From positions 939 to 64,938 of the forward strand of contig UQAB01000007.1 of the NCBI GenBank assembly GCA_900538765.1: DNA of 64,000 bases. The letters run 5' to 3'. Position 1 is the stretch's first letter. Every line of letters begins with the position of its first letter. Below the pieces are notes generated by a model. That model was not told the DNA's origin. It worked only from the letters and a program-made list of their open reading frames with translations, and made no database searches. Position numbers and translations under genes: made by a program. Below are positions 45,130 through 54,271 of the stretch, in pieces. The DNA is from an uncultured Azospirillum sp. GTDB taxonomy: Bacteria; Pseudomonadota; Alphaproteobacteria; RF32; CAG-239.

Positions 45130-45960
45130 ATGGTAAGCAGTATTTCAGGGTCGACCAACGTTGACGACAAGGGAATTAATCACTGGGAAAAGACTGTCAC
45201 CGATGTTAATGATGTCGATGAAAAATTTTCCAACGCCCGCGATTTGGGATATATGCGCTTAAACTATGCCCGTGTCAGCGCTATCGGCAATTTGGCAAAA
45301 TATGATACGCAGGATATTTATAAAATTCAGGTGCAATCTAATGGAAAACTGACAATCGGGCTGCGCAGCGGTTCAGAAAGTGATGACGAGTCCGTACTTG
45401 ATTTGTCCGAATATCAGCAGAAACTGGATGAACTGAAAAAACAGACGGATCCGGAAGGGTACGCCAAGGAACAGGCCGAGAAAAAGAAGAAAGAAGAAGC
45501 TTACGGCTTGTTGGGAGCCAATGGCGAAGGGCTGCAGATGCAGGTCTATATGAAGAAAAACGGCAGAGAAGTCCTTATCGGTGATACCACTGCAGACAAG
45601 GACAGCAAAGAATATGCCAATATGGAAAAAATCCTCAACGGCGAATACCGTGCCAAACAGGGGGATTATTACATCAAAATCAGCCGTTCGGATGAAGTTG
45701 ATTCTCGTGAGGAAGTTCCTTATCTGTTGCAGGTTAAACAAGGCGACAGCTACAAGCATGACTATATGACGACGGAGCAGGTTTCCGAAGATACCAAGAA
45801 CAAAAAGAAATCAACCGTTCCGATGACTAACGTCGGCGGAACCTTGTCCGCGGTTAATGCCTTGCAGATTCAGGCACAACGCTATCAGACTGCGGCGCAG
45901 ATGTTGCAGGTCGGATATATGAATATGGCTGATATTTACAATAATAACAGTAAATTTTAA
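45130..45960 (+). CDS. Hypothetical protein
   Basis: Start moved to MVSSISG (GAGGG SD upstream; track start 45067). Acidic/Lys-rich centre. No signal peptide. Confidence 0.55.
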   Translation: MVSSISGSTNVDDKGINHWEKTVTDVNDVDEKFSNARDLGYMRLNYARVSAIGNLAKYDTQDIYKIQVQSNGKLTIGLRSGSESDDESVLDLSEYQQKLDELKKQTDPEGYAKEQAEKKKKEEAYGLLGANGEGLQMQVYMKKNGREVLIGDTTADKDSKEYANMEKILNGEYRAKQGDYYIKISRSDEVDSREEVPYLLQVKQGDSYKHDYMTTEQVSEDTKNKKKSTVPMTNVGGTLSAVNALQIQAQRYQTAAQMLQVGYMNMADIYNNNSKF

Positions 45961-46066
45961 CGAAAAATATAAAAAAACTACTTGTATAATAATCAAACAT
46001 TCTCTATTCTTAGCCCAAGAAGAGAATGTTTTTTTTTGAAAGAATGTAAAAGAAAGGATAATAAAA

Positions 46067-46612
46067 ATGACAGCTCCTTTAATGCCGAAAGCTACGGCTG
46101 TATGGCTGGTCGAAAATACGACTTTGACTTTTAAGCAAATTGCTGATTTTTGCGAATTGCACGAATTGGAAATTCAGGCGATTGCCGATGGCGATGTGGC
46201 TTTTAATATCATGGGCATCAGTCCGATTGATACCAATCAGCTGACATGGGATGAAATTCGCCGCTGTGAAGCCAGTGAAAGCGCAGTTTTAAAAGCAAAT
46301 GAAATGGAGCTGAATGTTCGCGAGAGAAATGCCAAAGCCAAAAAAGTGTTGTCTCCGTCTCAGCGCAGTGATAAACCCAATGCCGTTGCTTGGATTTTGA
46401 AGAATTGTCCTGAAATTACGGATGCGCAGATTTGTAAGCTGGTCGGAACAACCAAGCCGACCATCCAGTCTATTCGCGATGGCAGCCACCGTGATATGAT
46501 GAATATTCGTCCTAAAAATCCGGTTGCTATCGGCTTATGTACGGAAAAAGATTTGGAAAAAGCTATTGCCGTTTCCAAAGCGCCGACAAAACGTCGTGTT
46601 AAAATTGCATAA
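46067..46612 (+). CDS. DUF1013-family protein (conserved in Alphaproteobacteria)
   Basis: 181 aa. MPKATAVWLVENTTLTFKQIADFCELHELEIQAIADG matches my recollection of the DUF1013 N-terminus. Confidence 0.6.
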   Translation: MTAPLMPKATAVWLVENTTLTFKQIADFCELHELEIQAIADGDVAFNIMGISPIDTNQLTWDEIRRCEASESAVLKANEMELNVRERNAKAKKVLSPSQRSDKPNAVAWILKNCPEITDAQICKLVGTTKPTIQSIRDGSHRDMMNIRPKNPVAIGLCTEKDLEKAIAVSKAPTKRRVKIA

Positions 46613-46648
46613 ATTTCAAAGCCGCAGATTTAATTTTCTGCGGCTTTT

Positions 46649-47032
46649 TTATTGAATGCCAATCGGCTGATTGGAGTTCATTTTTGATAAGTCATTTTCC
46701 AAATCAGAGTCCTGATATGCTTGTCCGGTTTTAGCGATGTCTTTTATGCTGTTAAGATAGGCGTTGTATTTTTCTTTATATGCCGGCGTATTGGATAATC
46801 CTTTAAATTCGATTTTTGTTGTTTCCTGCCGGGAAATTGACTTTTGTTCGACAGCATTCTGCGGTTCGGAAGAATGAATCGGAGGAAGCTTTTCCTGTCG
46901 CTGCAGCGTGCCTTGAGGTATAAAAAAGTCAGGATTCTGTGTTTTGCGTTGATATGTCAGGGACGATTGAGCCGCGGCCTGAGCGGAATTTAATAAAAAG
47001 GAAAATATAAAAAGGAGAGCCTGTCTTTTCAT
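46649..47032 (-). CDS. Small secreted protein
   Basis: 127 aa. Signal peptide MKRQALLFIFSFLLNSAQAAAQ. Confidence 0.55.
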   Translation of the reverse strand: MKRQALLFIFSFLLNSAQAAAQSSLTYQRKTQNPDFFIPQGTLQRQEKLPPIHSSEPQNAVEQKSISRQETTKIEFKGLSNTPAYKEKYNAYLNSIKDIAKTGQAYQDSDLENDLSKMNSNQPIGIQ

Positions 47033-47075
47033 TGCCGTAACCCAAAATTAACAAATCTGTTTTACATTAAAATAC

Positions 47076-47762
47076 ATGAAAAAACTTTTTTTTGTATTAA
47101 CGGTTTGCATTTGGAACATTGCGGCTTCTTTACCGGCAAGAGGGGCAGATTGCCGCCAATACAAAGTTATGCCTGAAATAAAATTTTCCACCTCTTACGG
47201 CAAGCTGGTCTATGATGTGACAAATGACCGCCAGCGATTGACCGCCTTGGGCGAAAAGCTTGGAATTGTGGAGCATGGTTTGTTTGCCTCAGGCCTGGCG
47301 ACAATCAGTGTCAATTATCAGGTATCGGTTAATGCGGCCAGCCGCCGGGAGCCGGATGGCACAATATGTGTCATTCCGACGGAAGTGGAAGTGTTTATCG
47401 GCTATCAAAATCCGATAATCTACATCTCCAATGATTTGCAGCCGGGATCTTGTGAATATAACCTGGTGCTCCGTCACGAACAGACACACCAGCAGATTAA
47501 CGTAACAGCGCTTGAATATTTTATTCCCAAACTGCAGCAGGCTTCAAAAGTAATAATCAACAATGTCAACCCGTTGGCCGTAGCTGAACAAGAGCAGGTT
47601 GAGCCGGCTATCCAGGAATTAATAGAAACCTATGCCAAAAAATTAGAGCCCTTGATTGACTTTTTCAAAAAAGAACTGCTTCGGGAACAAAGCAAATTGG
47701 ATAACCCGGGAAATTATCAAATGGAAGGAAATTTATGCCGTTACTATAATGCGCATCATTAA
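47076..47762 (+). CDS. Secreted putative zinc metallopeptidase (HExxH), DUF922-like
   Basis: 228 aa. Signal peptide and HEQTH motif (LRHEQTHQQ). Confidence 0.5.
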   Translation: MKKLFFVLTVCIWNIAASLPARGADCRQYKVMPEIKFSTSYGKLVYDVTNDRQRLTALGEKLGIVEHGLFASGLATISVNYQVSVNAASRREPDGTICVIPTEVEVFIGYQNPIIYISNDLQPGSCEYNLVLRHEQTHQQINVTALEYFIPKLQQASKVIINNVNPLAVAEQEQVEPAIQELIETYAKKLEPLIDFFKKELLREQSKLDNPGNYQMEGNLCRYYNAHH

Positions 47763-48442
47763 AAATCGCATTGTTTGAGCTGATTGGGAAAATCATCCAA
47801 AAAGCTCTGTATCCCTTTATAGGCGGCATCAATATAATCTTTGTCCTTCGCCGAGTTCTGATTATAATAAATTCTGACCGTTGTCATGCCGATTTCTTTG
47901 GCAAATTCCAAATTTGAATAGCTGTCGTCTACAAAAATGCAGTCATGGGGAGAAACCTTAATTCTCTCGCAAAGCTTAAGATAAACATCAGCATTTTCAT
48001 TCTTTTTGTAAGTATCAAAATCCTCAACGGAATAAAACCGACCTTTGAAAAAGTCATATAACCCGATATGTTTTAGAATTTTTTCACAAACGTCTCTTGT
48101 ACTTGTCGAAAAAATAAACTGCTCGCACGGAAGTTTCTCTAACTGCTCAAGCATATTGTCGTAAGGAACAATCGGTTCAATGGGTTTGCGTTTGTGGTAG
48201 GCAAAAAACATATCTTTGGGCGAAACGCCATACTCTCTGACGAAAATTTCTCCGCCGTCACGAAATGTCATGTAAGATTCCTTAACTTTGGCCTTTGCTT
48301 CTTCAAAACTGAGGTTAACGCCCAAATCCTCAATTGCGGCAACGGCAGTCGCTTCATCCAGCATATCTGCAAACTCGGGAGTAATACGATATAACGTGTT
48401 ATCCAAATCCCAAATAATATTTTTTTTGCAAAAATCAGCCAA
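47759..48442 (-). CDS. HAD-superfamily hydrolase (pyrimidine 5'-nucleotidase-like)
   Basis: 227 aa. Canonical motif I IWDLDNTLY and motif IV FVDDS. Confidence 0.8.
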   Translation of the reverse strand: MADFCKKNIIWDLDNTLYRITPEFADMLDEATAVAAIEDLGVNLSFEEAKAKVKESYMTFRDGGEIFVREYGVSPKDMFFAYHKRKPIEPIVPYDNMLEQLEKLPCEQFIFSTSTRDVCEKILKHIGLYDFFKGRFYSVEDFDTYKKNENADVYLKLCERIKVSPHDCIFVDDSYSNLEFAKEIGMTTVRIYYNQNSAKDKDYIDAAYKGIQSFLDDFPNQLKQCDF

Positions 48443-48566
48443 AGTTCATCTCCATATTAAAATCTTATATAATTTTTACCCAAATAGTGTAATCGATATA
48501 ACGGCTTTGTCAATAATTTTCATAACAAGGCTCCCCTGTACAAAACAAAGGAGCCTGTGGCAAAAT

Positions 48567-49061
48567 TTAGTTGCTTTCAAGCGCGTAAATGTCCGTGACC
48601 TGCCAGGCGTTGTCGCGCTGCGCCATAACGTAAATGATATTGCCCTGACACAGGCCGAACCATTTTCCGTTGCATGTCCCTTTTGTGTAAACCTCAACCT
48701 GTCCGTTGGCAAGGGGCTTTATCTTTGTAATTTGATAACTCTGTTCGGTCGGGCGTCCCAGACTCTCGTCCTCCATAAAAATGAACCCCGGCATATTGCC
48801 TTTGTTTTGCAGGCATTCGCTGGTCTTAGGATTAATCGTGCAGCGGATAACCTGATTAATGGCGCAAGCCATTTGACTATTCTCTGTACAAGAAGTTTCC
48901 GTGTCCGCGGCGGAAAAGCTGAAAACTTTTTTTTCAAAATCGGCAGAAACGCCGGCAGAACCGTTTTCAGAAGCCTTTTCCTCAGTAGTGCTGTTTTCGG
49001 CCGGGTCGGAACAGGCGCCGAGCAACAGCAATATTCCTGACAGTAAGGTAAGTGCTTTCAT
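48567..49061 (-). CDS. Lipoprotein, unknown function
   Basis: 164 aa. Lipobox LLLGAC after a hydrophobic signal. Confidence 0.65.
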   Translation of the reverse strand: MKALTLLSGILLLLGACSDPAENSTTEEKASENGSAGVSADFEKKVFSFSAADTETSCTENSQMACAINQVIRCTINPKTSECLQNKGNMPGFIFMEDESLGRPTEQSYQITKIKPLANGQVEVYTKGTCNGKWFGLCQGNIIYVMAQRDNAWQVTDIYALESN

Positions 49062-49074
49062 GCTGTTTCTCCGT

Positions 49075-49635
49075 TTAGAAATTATATCTGATACCGGCGG
49101 AATATTCCATCATGTGGTCATAATCTTCAATCTGATCCAGACCGACATATCTGGCAACGGCCCTGACTGACCAGTGGTCGTCAACGGTATACAAAATACC
49201 GGCGCCGGCGCGATAGCCGTAACCATGGTCGTGCCCGCCTTTAAGCGCCGGATTGCCAAGCGAGGTTTTGAAATCATACATACCGATACCGGCAGTACCG
49301 ATTAAAGCCAAATCACGGTAGCAGGTCAGCGGCAGATAGCCGTACAAATCAAGGCCGGCAGCCTGGAAGGAAGTTTTGACGCGGTCAGAATTGTGCCCTT
49401 TTGATGATTTGTCTGAATACTGATAAAATACTTCCGTGCTGAAAAAACGGTTATAATCCGTACCGACATTGACAGAGCCTGAATTATAATTGGGACGCAT
49501 ATGCTTGGCAACGCCGTTGGTATAGGCATAATCAAAGCCGATATAAGGTTTGTAGTCATAAGCCTCTTCGGCCTGTACGACGGGAACCGCGGCAACAACG
49601 GCGGCAGCAGTTAAAATAAGCAAAGTCTTGTTCAT
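49075..49635 (-). CDS. Outer-membrane beta-barrel protein (OmpW/Opa-like small porin family)
   Basis: 186 aa. Signal peptide, alternating aromatic strands and a C-terminal ...GIRYNF. Confidence 0.75.
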   Translation of the reverse strand: MNKTLLILTAAAVVAAVPVVQAEEAYDYKPYIGFDYAYTNGVAKHMRPNYNSGSVNVGTDYNRFFSTEVFYQYSDKSSKGHNSDRVKTSFQAAGLDLYGYLPLTCYRDLALIGTAGIGMYDFKTSLGNPALKGGHDHGYGYRAGAGILYTVDDHWSVRAVARYVGLDQIEDYDHMMEYSAGIRYNF

Positions 49636-49783
49636 AATTTTTCCTCATATAATCAGGTTAAAAACTTACCTTACATAATATATACGATATTAATTAAAAT
49701 TAAAGCAAATTTTATTATATTTGTCATTGAGTAAAACGGTAAAAAATGCTATAACTAAAAGATATAAATAAATTCGAAGGTGT

Positions 49784-50332
49784 TTGGGGATGATAAAACG
49801 GGATGAACGCGGTTATACAATGATTGAGGTTATCAGCGTGCTGGCCATTATCGGCGTACTTGCTGCCAGCGCAGCTCGTCTGGTTGCCAATATGTTTGAC
49901 CGTTATAAGTCAAGCCGGGTGGCAGACCAGATTGTTGATATGCAGAAAATTATTAACCGCCGTTATGTTGCTGACGGAAACTACAGTAACCTGTCGGCGG
50001 AAACCCTGATTAATGAAAAGCTTGTCGGCGGAGATATGCGCTCGGGCGATAATCTGGTTCACGCTTTCGGGGATGTCAGCGTCAGCGGTAAGGCAAATAC
50101 TTTTGACGTAACGTTCTCGGATTTGCCGTATAACGTCTGTGTTACGTTGGCTAATCTGAATTGGATTATTCAGGATAGTTCGGATTTGGTTTCCCTTGAT
50201 ATTAACGGCACAAAATATAATTGGCCGGAGGCGGCTAAAGATGCAGCGCACCAGCTTCCGATGGATATTAACCGTGCCATGACATCCTGTACCCGCGATA
50301 AGGAAAGCGCCATAACCTGGGAATTTCAATAA
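49784..50332 (+). CDS. Prepilin-type N-terminal methylation-domain protein (type IV pilin / pseudopilin-like)
   Basis: 182 aa. RG|YTMIEVISVLAIIGVLAA motif with Glu at +5. Confidence 0.75.
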   Translation: MGMIKRDERGYTMIEVISVLAIIGVLAASAARLVANMFDRYKSSRVADQIVDMQKIINRRYVADGNYSNLSAETLINEKLVGGDMRSGDNLVHAFGDVSVSGKANTFDVTFSDLPYNVCVTLANLNWIIQDSSDLVSLDINGTKYNWPEAAKDAAHQLPMDINRAMTSCTRDKESAITWEFQ

Positions 50333-50346
50333 GCAAGGAGTGAGCT

Positions 50347-50772
50347 TTGATTAATGTCGGAAATGTAAATAAAAGCAGTAATGACGTCACGGCCTCAAAA
50401 ACCAAAAAAACAACCGGCGGTGCCAGTTTTTCTTCTTATCTTCAGGAAACCATGTCCAAAGAAGACAAGGCATCTTTGACGGCGGCATCTGGCGTATCTT
50501 CGTCTGACGCGCTGCTGGCAATCCAGATGGCCGGTGATGACGAAGAGCAGGAAATAAGAAAAAAATTGCTGAAACGTGGCAAGAACCTGATTGAAAAACT
50601 TGAAGAAATCAGGGACGGATTGCTGTTGGGAAGCATTTCCCGCGAAAGCCTGATTAACATTTCCCGTATGGTCAAAGAACGCCGGTATGAAAGCGCAGAT
50701 CCCCGCTTGAAGGAGATAATGGATGAAATTGAGCTCAGGGTTGAAGTCGAACTGGCTAAATTGATGAAATAA
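50347..50772 (+). CDS. fliX: Flagellar assembly regulator FliX
   Basis: 141 aa, TTG start with AGGAG 6 nt upstream. The C-terminal LEEIRDGLLLGSISRESLINISRMVKERR...DPRLKEIMDEIELRVEVELAKL matches Caulobacter FliX as I recall it. Confidence 0.75.
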   Translation: MINVGNVNKSSNDVTASKTKKTTGGASFSSYLQETMSKEDKASLTAASGVSSSDALLAIQMAGDDEEQEIRKKLLKRGKNLIEKLEEIRDGLLLGSISRESLINISRMVKERRYESADPRLKEIMDEIELRVEVELAKLMK

Positions 50773-50869
50773 GGGTGATAATTAAGCTTTTTTTATTGAT
50801 AAAGGCGAATGAAACTATATTATTATACAAAATAAAATTTAATCAATTCTGTTTTAAGGAGTAAATAAA

Positions 50870-51298
50870 ATGGAACCAGCTGTAATCCTTCCGCCTGATT
50901 ATAAGCCGTCGGAAAATGAAGAGTACATGAATGAAAATCAGGTGGAATATTTCCGCCAGAAATTGGAAAACTGGAAGAAAGAGCTTATCGGTCAGTCCAA
51001 AGACACTTTGGATGATTTGCGCCAGGGTGGTCTGAACCAGCCTGATGATATTGACCGCGCTTCCATGGAAACGGACAAAGCGATTGATCTGCGTACCAAA
51101 GACCGTATCCGCAAGCTTATCGGTAAGATTAACGAGGCTCTGCAAAGGATTGAGGACGGTGTCTACGGATATTGTGAAGAAACCGGCGAACCTATCGGTA
51201 TAGGCCGTCTGGAAGCCCGTCCGATTGCGACATTGTCGGTAGAGGCTCAGGAACGCCATGAGCGCATGGAAAAAACTTATGACGACGATGCTGTCTAA
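50870..51298 (+). CDS. dksA: RNA polymerase-binding factor DksA (zinc-finger cysteines mostly lost)
   Basis: 142 aa. DxxDxA coiled-coil tip (DDIDRASMETD). YGYCEETGEPIGIGRLEARPIATLSVEAQ retains only 1 of the 4 canonical Cys. Confidence 0.9.
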   Translation: MEPAVILPPDYKPSENEEYMNENQVEYFRQKLENWKKELIGQSKDTLDDLRQGGLNQPDDIDRASMETDKAIDLRTKDRIRKLIGKINEALQRIEDGVYGYCEETGEPIGIGRLEARPIATLSVEAQERHERMEKTYDDDAV

Positions 51299-51310
51299 AC
51301 TGTAAAAAAT

Positions 51311-51883
51311 ATGTCTGTAAAAAATTTCATACTGGCTTCTTCTTCTCCTCAGCGCCGGAAGCTGCTGGCGCAAATCGGCTTTGAACCAAAGGAAATCGTT
51401 TCGGCGGATATTGACGAGAGCGAGCGCAAATATGAACGTCCGGCAGCTTATGTCAAACGTATGGCCAAAGAAAAAGCGCTGAAGGTCGCGGCGGAGCGTC
51501 CCGGCGAAATCGTCTTGGGAGCAGATACGATTGTCGCAGTCGGCACGCGCCTGATGCATAAAGCAACGAATGATGAAGAACAGCTTAAGGTTATGAAATT
51601 GTTGTCGGGAAGGGCACATCACGTTTTAAGTGCGGTTTGCGTTGTTGATAAAACCGGAAAAGCTGTGGTGAGGCTGGTCTCAACACGGATTATCATGAAA
51701 AAAATGTCTGATGAGGAAATTGTTGCTTATGTTACCGGACATGAATGGACAGGCTGCTCCGGCTATAAGATAGAAGGCAGTATGGAAGCTTATGTTTCCC
51801 GGATTATCGGCTCTTACAGCGGCATTGTCGGACTTCCGTTGTGTGAAACAAAAAATTTGTTAAATGGTGTAGGAATAAAATGA
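51311..51883 (+). CDS. maf: Maf-like nucleoside triphosphate pyrophosphatase
   Basis: 190 aa. LASSSPQRRKLL opening and GADTIV. Confidence 0.9.
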   Translation: MSVKNFILASSSPQRRKLLAQIGFEPKEIVSADIDESERKYERPAAYVKRMAKEKALKVAAERPGEIVLGADTIVAVGTRLMHKATNDEEQLKVMKLLSGRAHHVLSAVCVVDKTGKAVVRLVSTRIIMKKMSDEEIVAYVTGHEWTGCSGYKIEGSMEAYVSRIIGSYSGIVGLPLCETKNLLNGVGIK

Positions 51884-53049
51884 CAGTTGATACAATCATA
51901 TATGAAAAAAACGGTTCGTTAACCAGTATTGCGCTGATGAATAAAGGCGATTTGCTGGAAGTTGACATCTTTGACGGCAGCAAAGCAGCGGAGGGAAATG
52001 TATATCTTGGAAAAATCACTCACAAAATAGATATTGCCAACGGCCGTGTCGGATATATGATTGACATAAATGATGGTCGCGATGCGTTTTTAAATGCTGA
52101 TGAAATCGGTCTGAAAGATGCGGAATATACCAACGGGCAGAGTATTATCGTTCAGGTATCTCAGGAACAGCGGGCGGAAAAAGGTGCGAAGGTCATGCGT
52201 GGCTTGCAGTTTGTCGGCACTTATCTGGTTTATTGTCCGTATCGTATGAATGTTGAAGCATCCGCGCGTATTGCCCAGCCGGAAAGGTTGCGGGAATTGC
52301 GTCACTTGGTTATTGAAAATACGGTGGGGCAGGAAGGGTGGATTATCCGTACTGCGGCGGCTGACGCCGAGCCTGATGAAATTACGGATGAAATGCTTGA
52401 ACTGCGCAAAATGTATGACGCCGTCCGGGCCAAGGCGCGAATTGAGGCAGCGCCGTGCCTGTTGTATGCCAAAGCCAATCCTCTTTTTGAATATATGGCG
52501 GCAAATTCAATGACGCTGGATAAAATCATCGTCAATACCCGCAATGTCGAAGCAGAGATAAAAGAGGAGTTTGACGGTGATTTTGAAGTCGAAGTCATGA
52601 ATGAACCGTTTAAACATTTTGGCGTTGACGAAGCAATTTTTGCCGCGCTTGAAAAAGAAGTCCGTTTAAAAGGCGGCGGCCGAATTTTCATAGAAGAAAC
52701 CAAGGCTTTTGTCGCTGTTGATGTCGACACGGGCGATGACCGCGGCAACGGTTCCATTTCCCGGCTGAATGAAGAAGCCGCCATTGAGATTGCCAGACAG
52801 ATTCGTTTGCGGAACTTGTCAGGTAAAATTATTATTGATTTCGCCGGTTCATCCGAATACCGTTATATGAAACCGGTATTGGAAGTTCTGGAGCGTGAAG
52901 TGGCTAAAGACCCGATTCGCACTCATGTCGTCGGTTTAAGCCGGGCGGGAAATGTTGAAATCATTCGCATCCGCCGCCGTCCGTCCTTGAGTGATGTTAT
53001 GAGTGTTGAATGCCCGACCTGCAAAGGCACCGGCAGAGTTGAGAAATAG
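51880..53049 (+). CDS. rng: RNase E/G-family ribonuclease (short RNase G-like)
   Basis: 389 aa. S1-like GNVYLGKI, AVDVDTGDD, IIIDFAG. Confidence 0.8.
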   Translation: MTVDTIIYEKNGSLTSIALMNKGDLLEVDIFDGSKAAEGNVYLGKITHKIDIANGRVGYMIDINDGRDAFLNADEIGLKDAEYTNGQSIIVQVSQEQRAEKGAKVMRGLQFVGTYLVYCPYRMNVEASARIAQPERLRELRHLVIENTVGQEGWIIRTAAADAEPDEITDEMLELRKMYDAVRAKARIEAAPCLLYAKANPLFEYMAANSMTLDKIIVNTRNVEAEIKEEFDGDFEVEVMNEPFKHFGVDEAIFAALEKEVRLKGGGRIFIEETKAFVAVDVDTGDDRGNGSISRLNEEAAIEIARQIRLRNLSGKIIIDFAGSSEYRYMKPVLEVLEREVAKDPIRTHVVGLSRAGNVEIIRIRRRPSLSDVMSVECPTCKGTGRVEK

Positions 53050-53050
53050 C

Positions 53051-53260
53051 ATGACAGATGTAATAAAAACCTATCGTTGCCCGATTTGCAAGAAGCTGGT
53101 TACGGCAGATAACAAATATCGCCCGTTTTGTTCTAAACATTGCGCCGATGTTGATTTGGGAAACTGGTTTAATGAAGCTTATACGGTCCCTGTCGTTGAA
53201 TTAGATGAGCAGGAACTGGAAGAACTCGAAAAAACACTGGATGAGCAATTGGATAAGTAG
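53051..53260 (+). CDS. yacG: DNA gyrase inhibitor YacG (zinc ribbon)
   Basis: Start at MTDVIKTYRCPICKK (track start 53003 overlaps rng). CPIC...CSKHC. Confidence 0.8.
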   Translation: MTDVIKTYRCPICKKLVTADNKYRPFCSKHCADVDLGNWFNEAYTVPVVELDEQELEELEKTLDEQLDK

Positions 53261-53300
53261 AAAAAAGTCCCCCGAAAGATATTCTTTCGGGGGATTAATT

Positions 53301-53888
53301 TTACCATAAAAATTTTTTTCCAAAATAAACCAATGCCGCAATCACTAAAATAGCTGCGGAAAATTTCAATAATGAAAGACAGTGTTGGAGAAAATTTTTC
53401 CATTGCTGCAATCTGTCTTTTGGGTTTTTGCGGAAGAATTTTATCAAAGGACGAACAACAGCGGCATAACATAACGCCAAGAATAAAGTTTCAGCAACGC
53501 CGACAAACAACATGGCTATATAATCATGCTTAATGCCGATATCAAAGATAAAACAGGTTGCAATACCAAATCCCCACATAATTGCCGTTGTTCTTAAAAG
53601 AATAGAAAGGATTGAAGAATCATCAAACGTCATGGATTCCATTGAGAATATACTAATAGCTATTAAGCCGACAAGAGCATAAAAAGGAGCCCAAATCTCT
53701 CCTGCATCAGCTTTTTCCCAAAGCCAGACGGTAACAAGACCGTGTAAGGCAAAAGCGACAATGATTTGTAAAATTTTACCAAACTTTCTTAACTTCTGCA
53801 TCTGGGAAAAATTTACGCCAAGGATGATAAAGTCTAAAACTTTTTCATACATTCTGGAAAGTCCAGAAACAACAAAATTCTTTTCCAT
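53301..53888 (-). CDS. Hypothetical multi-pass membrane protein
   Basis: 195 aa with 4-5 hydrophobic helices. Confidence 0.55.
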   Translation of the reverse strand: MEKNFVVSGLSRMYEKVLDFIILGVNFSQMQKLRKFGKILQIIVAFALHGLVTVWLWEKADAGEIWAPFYALVGLIAISIFSMESMTFDDSSILSILLRTTAIMWGFGIATCFIFDIGIKHDYIAMLFVGVAETLFLALCYAAVVRPLIKFFRKNPKDRLQQWKNFLQHCLSLLKFSAAILVIAALVYFGKKFLW

Positions 53889-53965
53889 AATTATATCTGT
53901 TTAATATTTATACTGGCTTCAAAATATCATACCGGGCATTTTTGTCAATAATTAAAAAAATAAAC

Positions 53966-54271
53966 GTGTTGGCAAGGCTTTGTGATAAAAACCCCTTGCC
54001 AACAACCTCCCCTTATGCTACCCTTAACCTTAAGCGGCAGAGTTTGCCGCTGAGGGCGTAGCAACCCTTTGTAAAGATAGTCGTTAAGCATATTTACGAC
54101 TTTAAATAAGGTTATGCTGATATCTGTCTGCAACAGTGCTAGGGACGGATGTCAGCGTTATAAGGCTTTGCTCGAAAGCGCTGAGCCGTTTATCTTTACA
54201 CGGTTGCTAACATCCGCCCGCCTTTATAGAGCGGGTTTTGTTTTAACTTACAAAACAAAGGATGTTTCAAC
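53966..54271 (+). promoter_or_regulatory. Conserved structured 5' leader RNA, copy 2
   Basis: Collinear with 16791-17078. TTGCCA-N17-TACCCT (53996-54024). Helices 54059-54066:54202-54209 and 54071-54079:54191-54199. Terminator-like CCCGC..GCGGG+T4 (54217-54239). An extra hairpin GTTGGCAAGG..CCTTGCCAAC (53968-54003) overlaps the -35. Confidence 0.65.

Noticed and set aside
48288-49040. 250-aa plus-strand ORF.
   Set aside because: It is antisense to the HAD hydrolase (canonical DLDNT motif) and the lipoprotein gene. It has no SD and only alternative-start support.
50843-51622. 259-aa minus-strand ORF.
   Set aside because: It lies fully antisense to dksA and maf, both of which have unmistakable family motifs. 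Its composition is Arg/Phe-rich and shadow-like.
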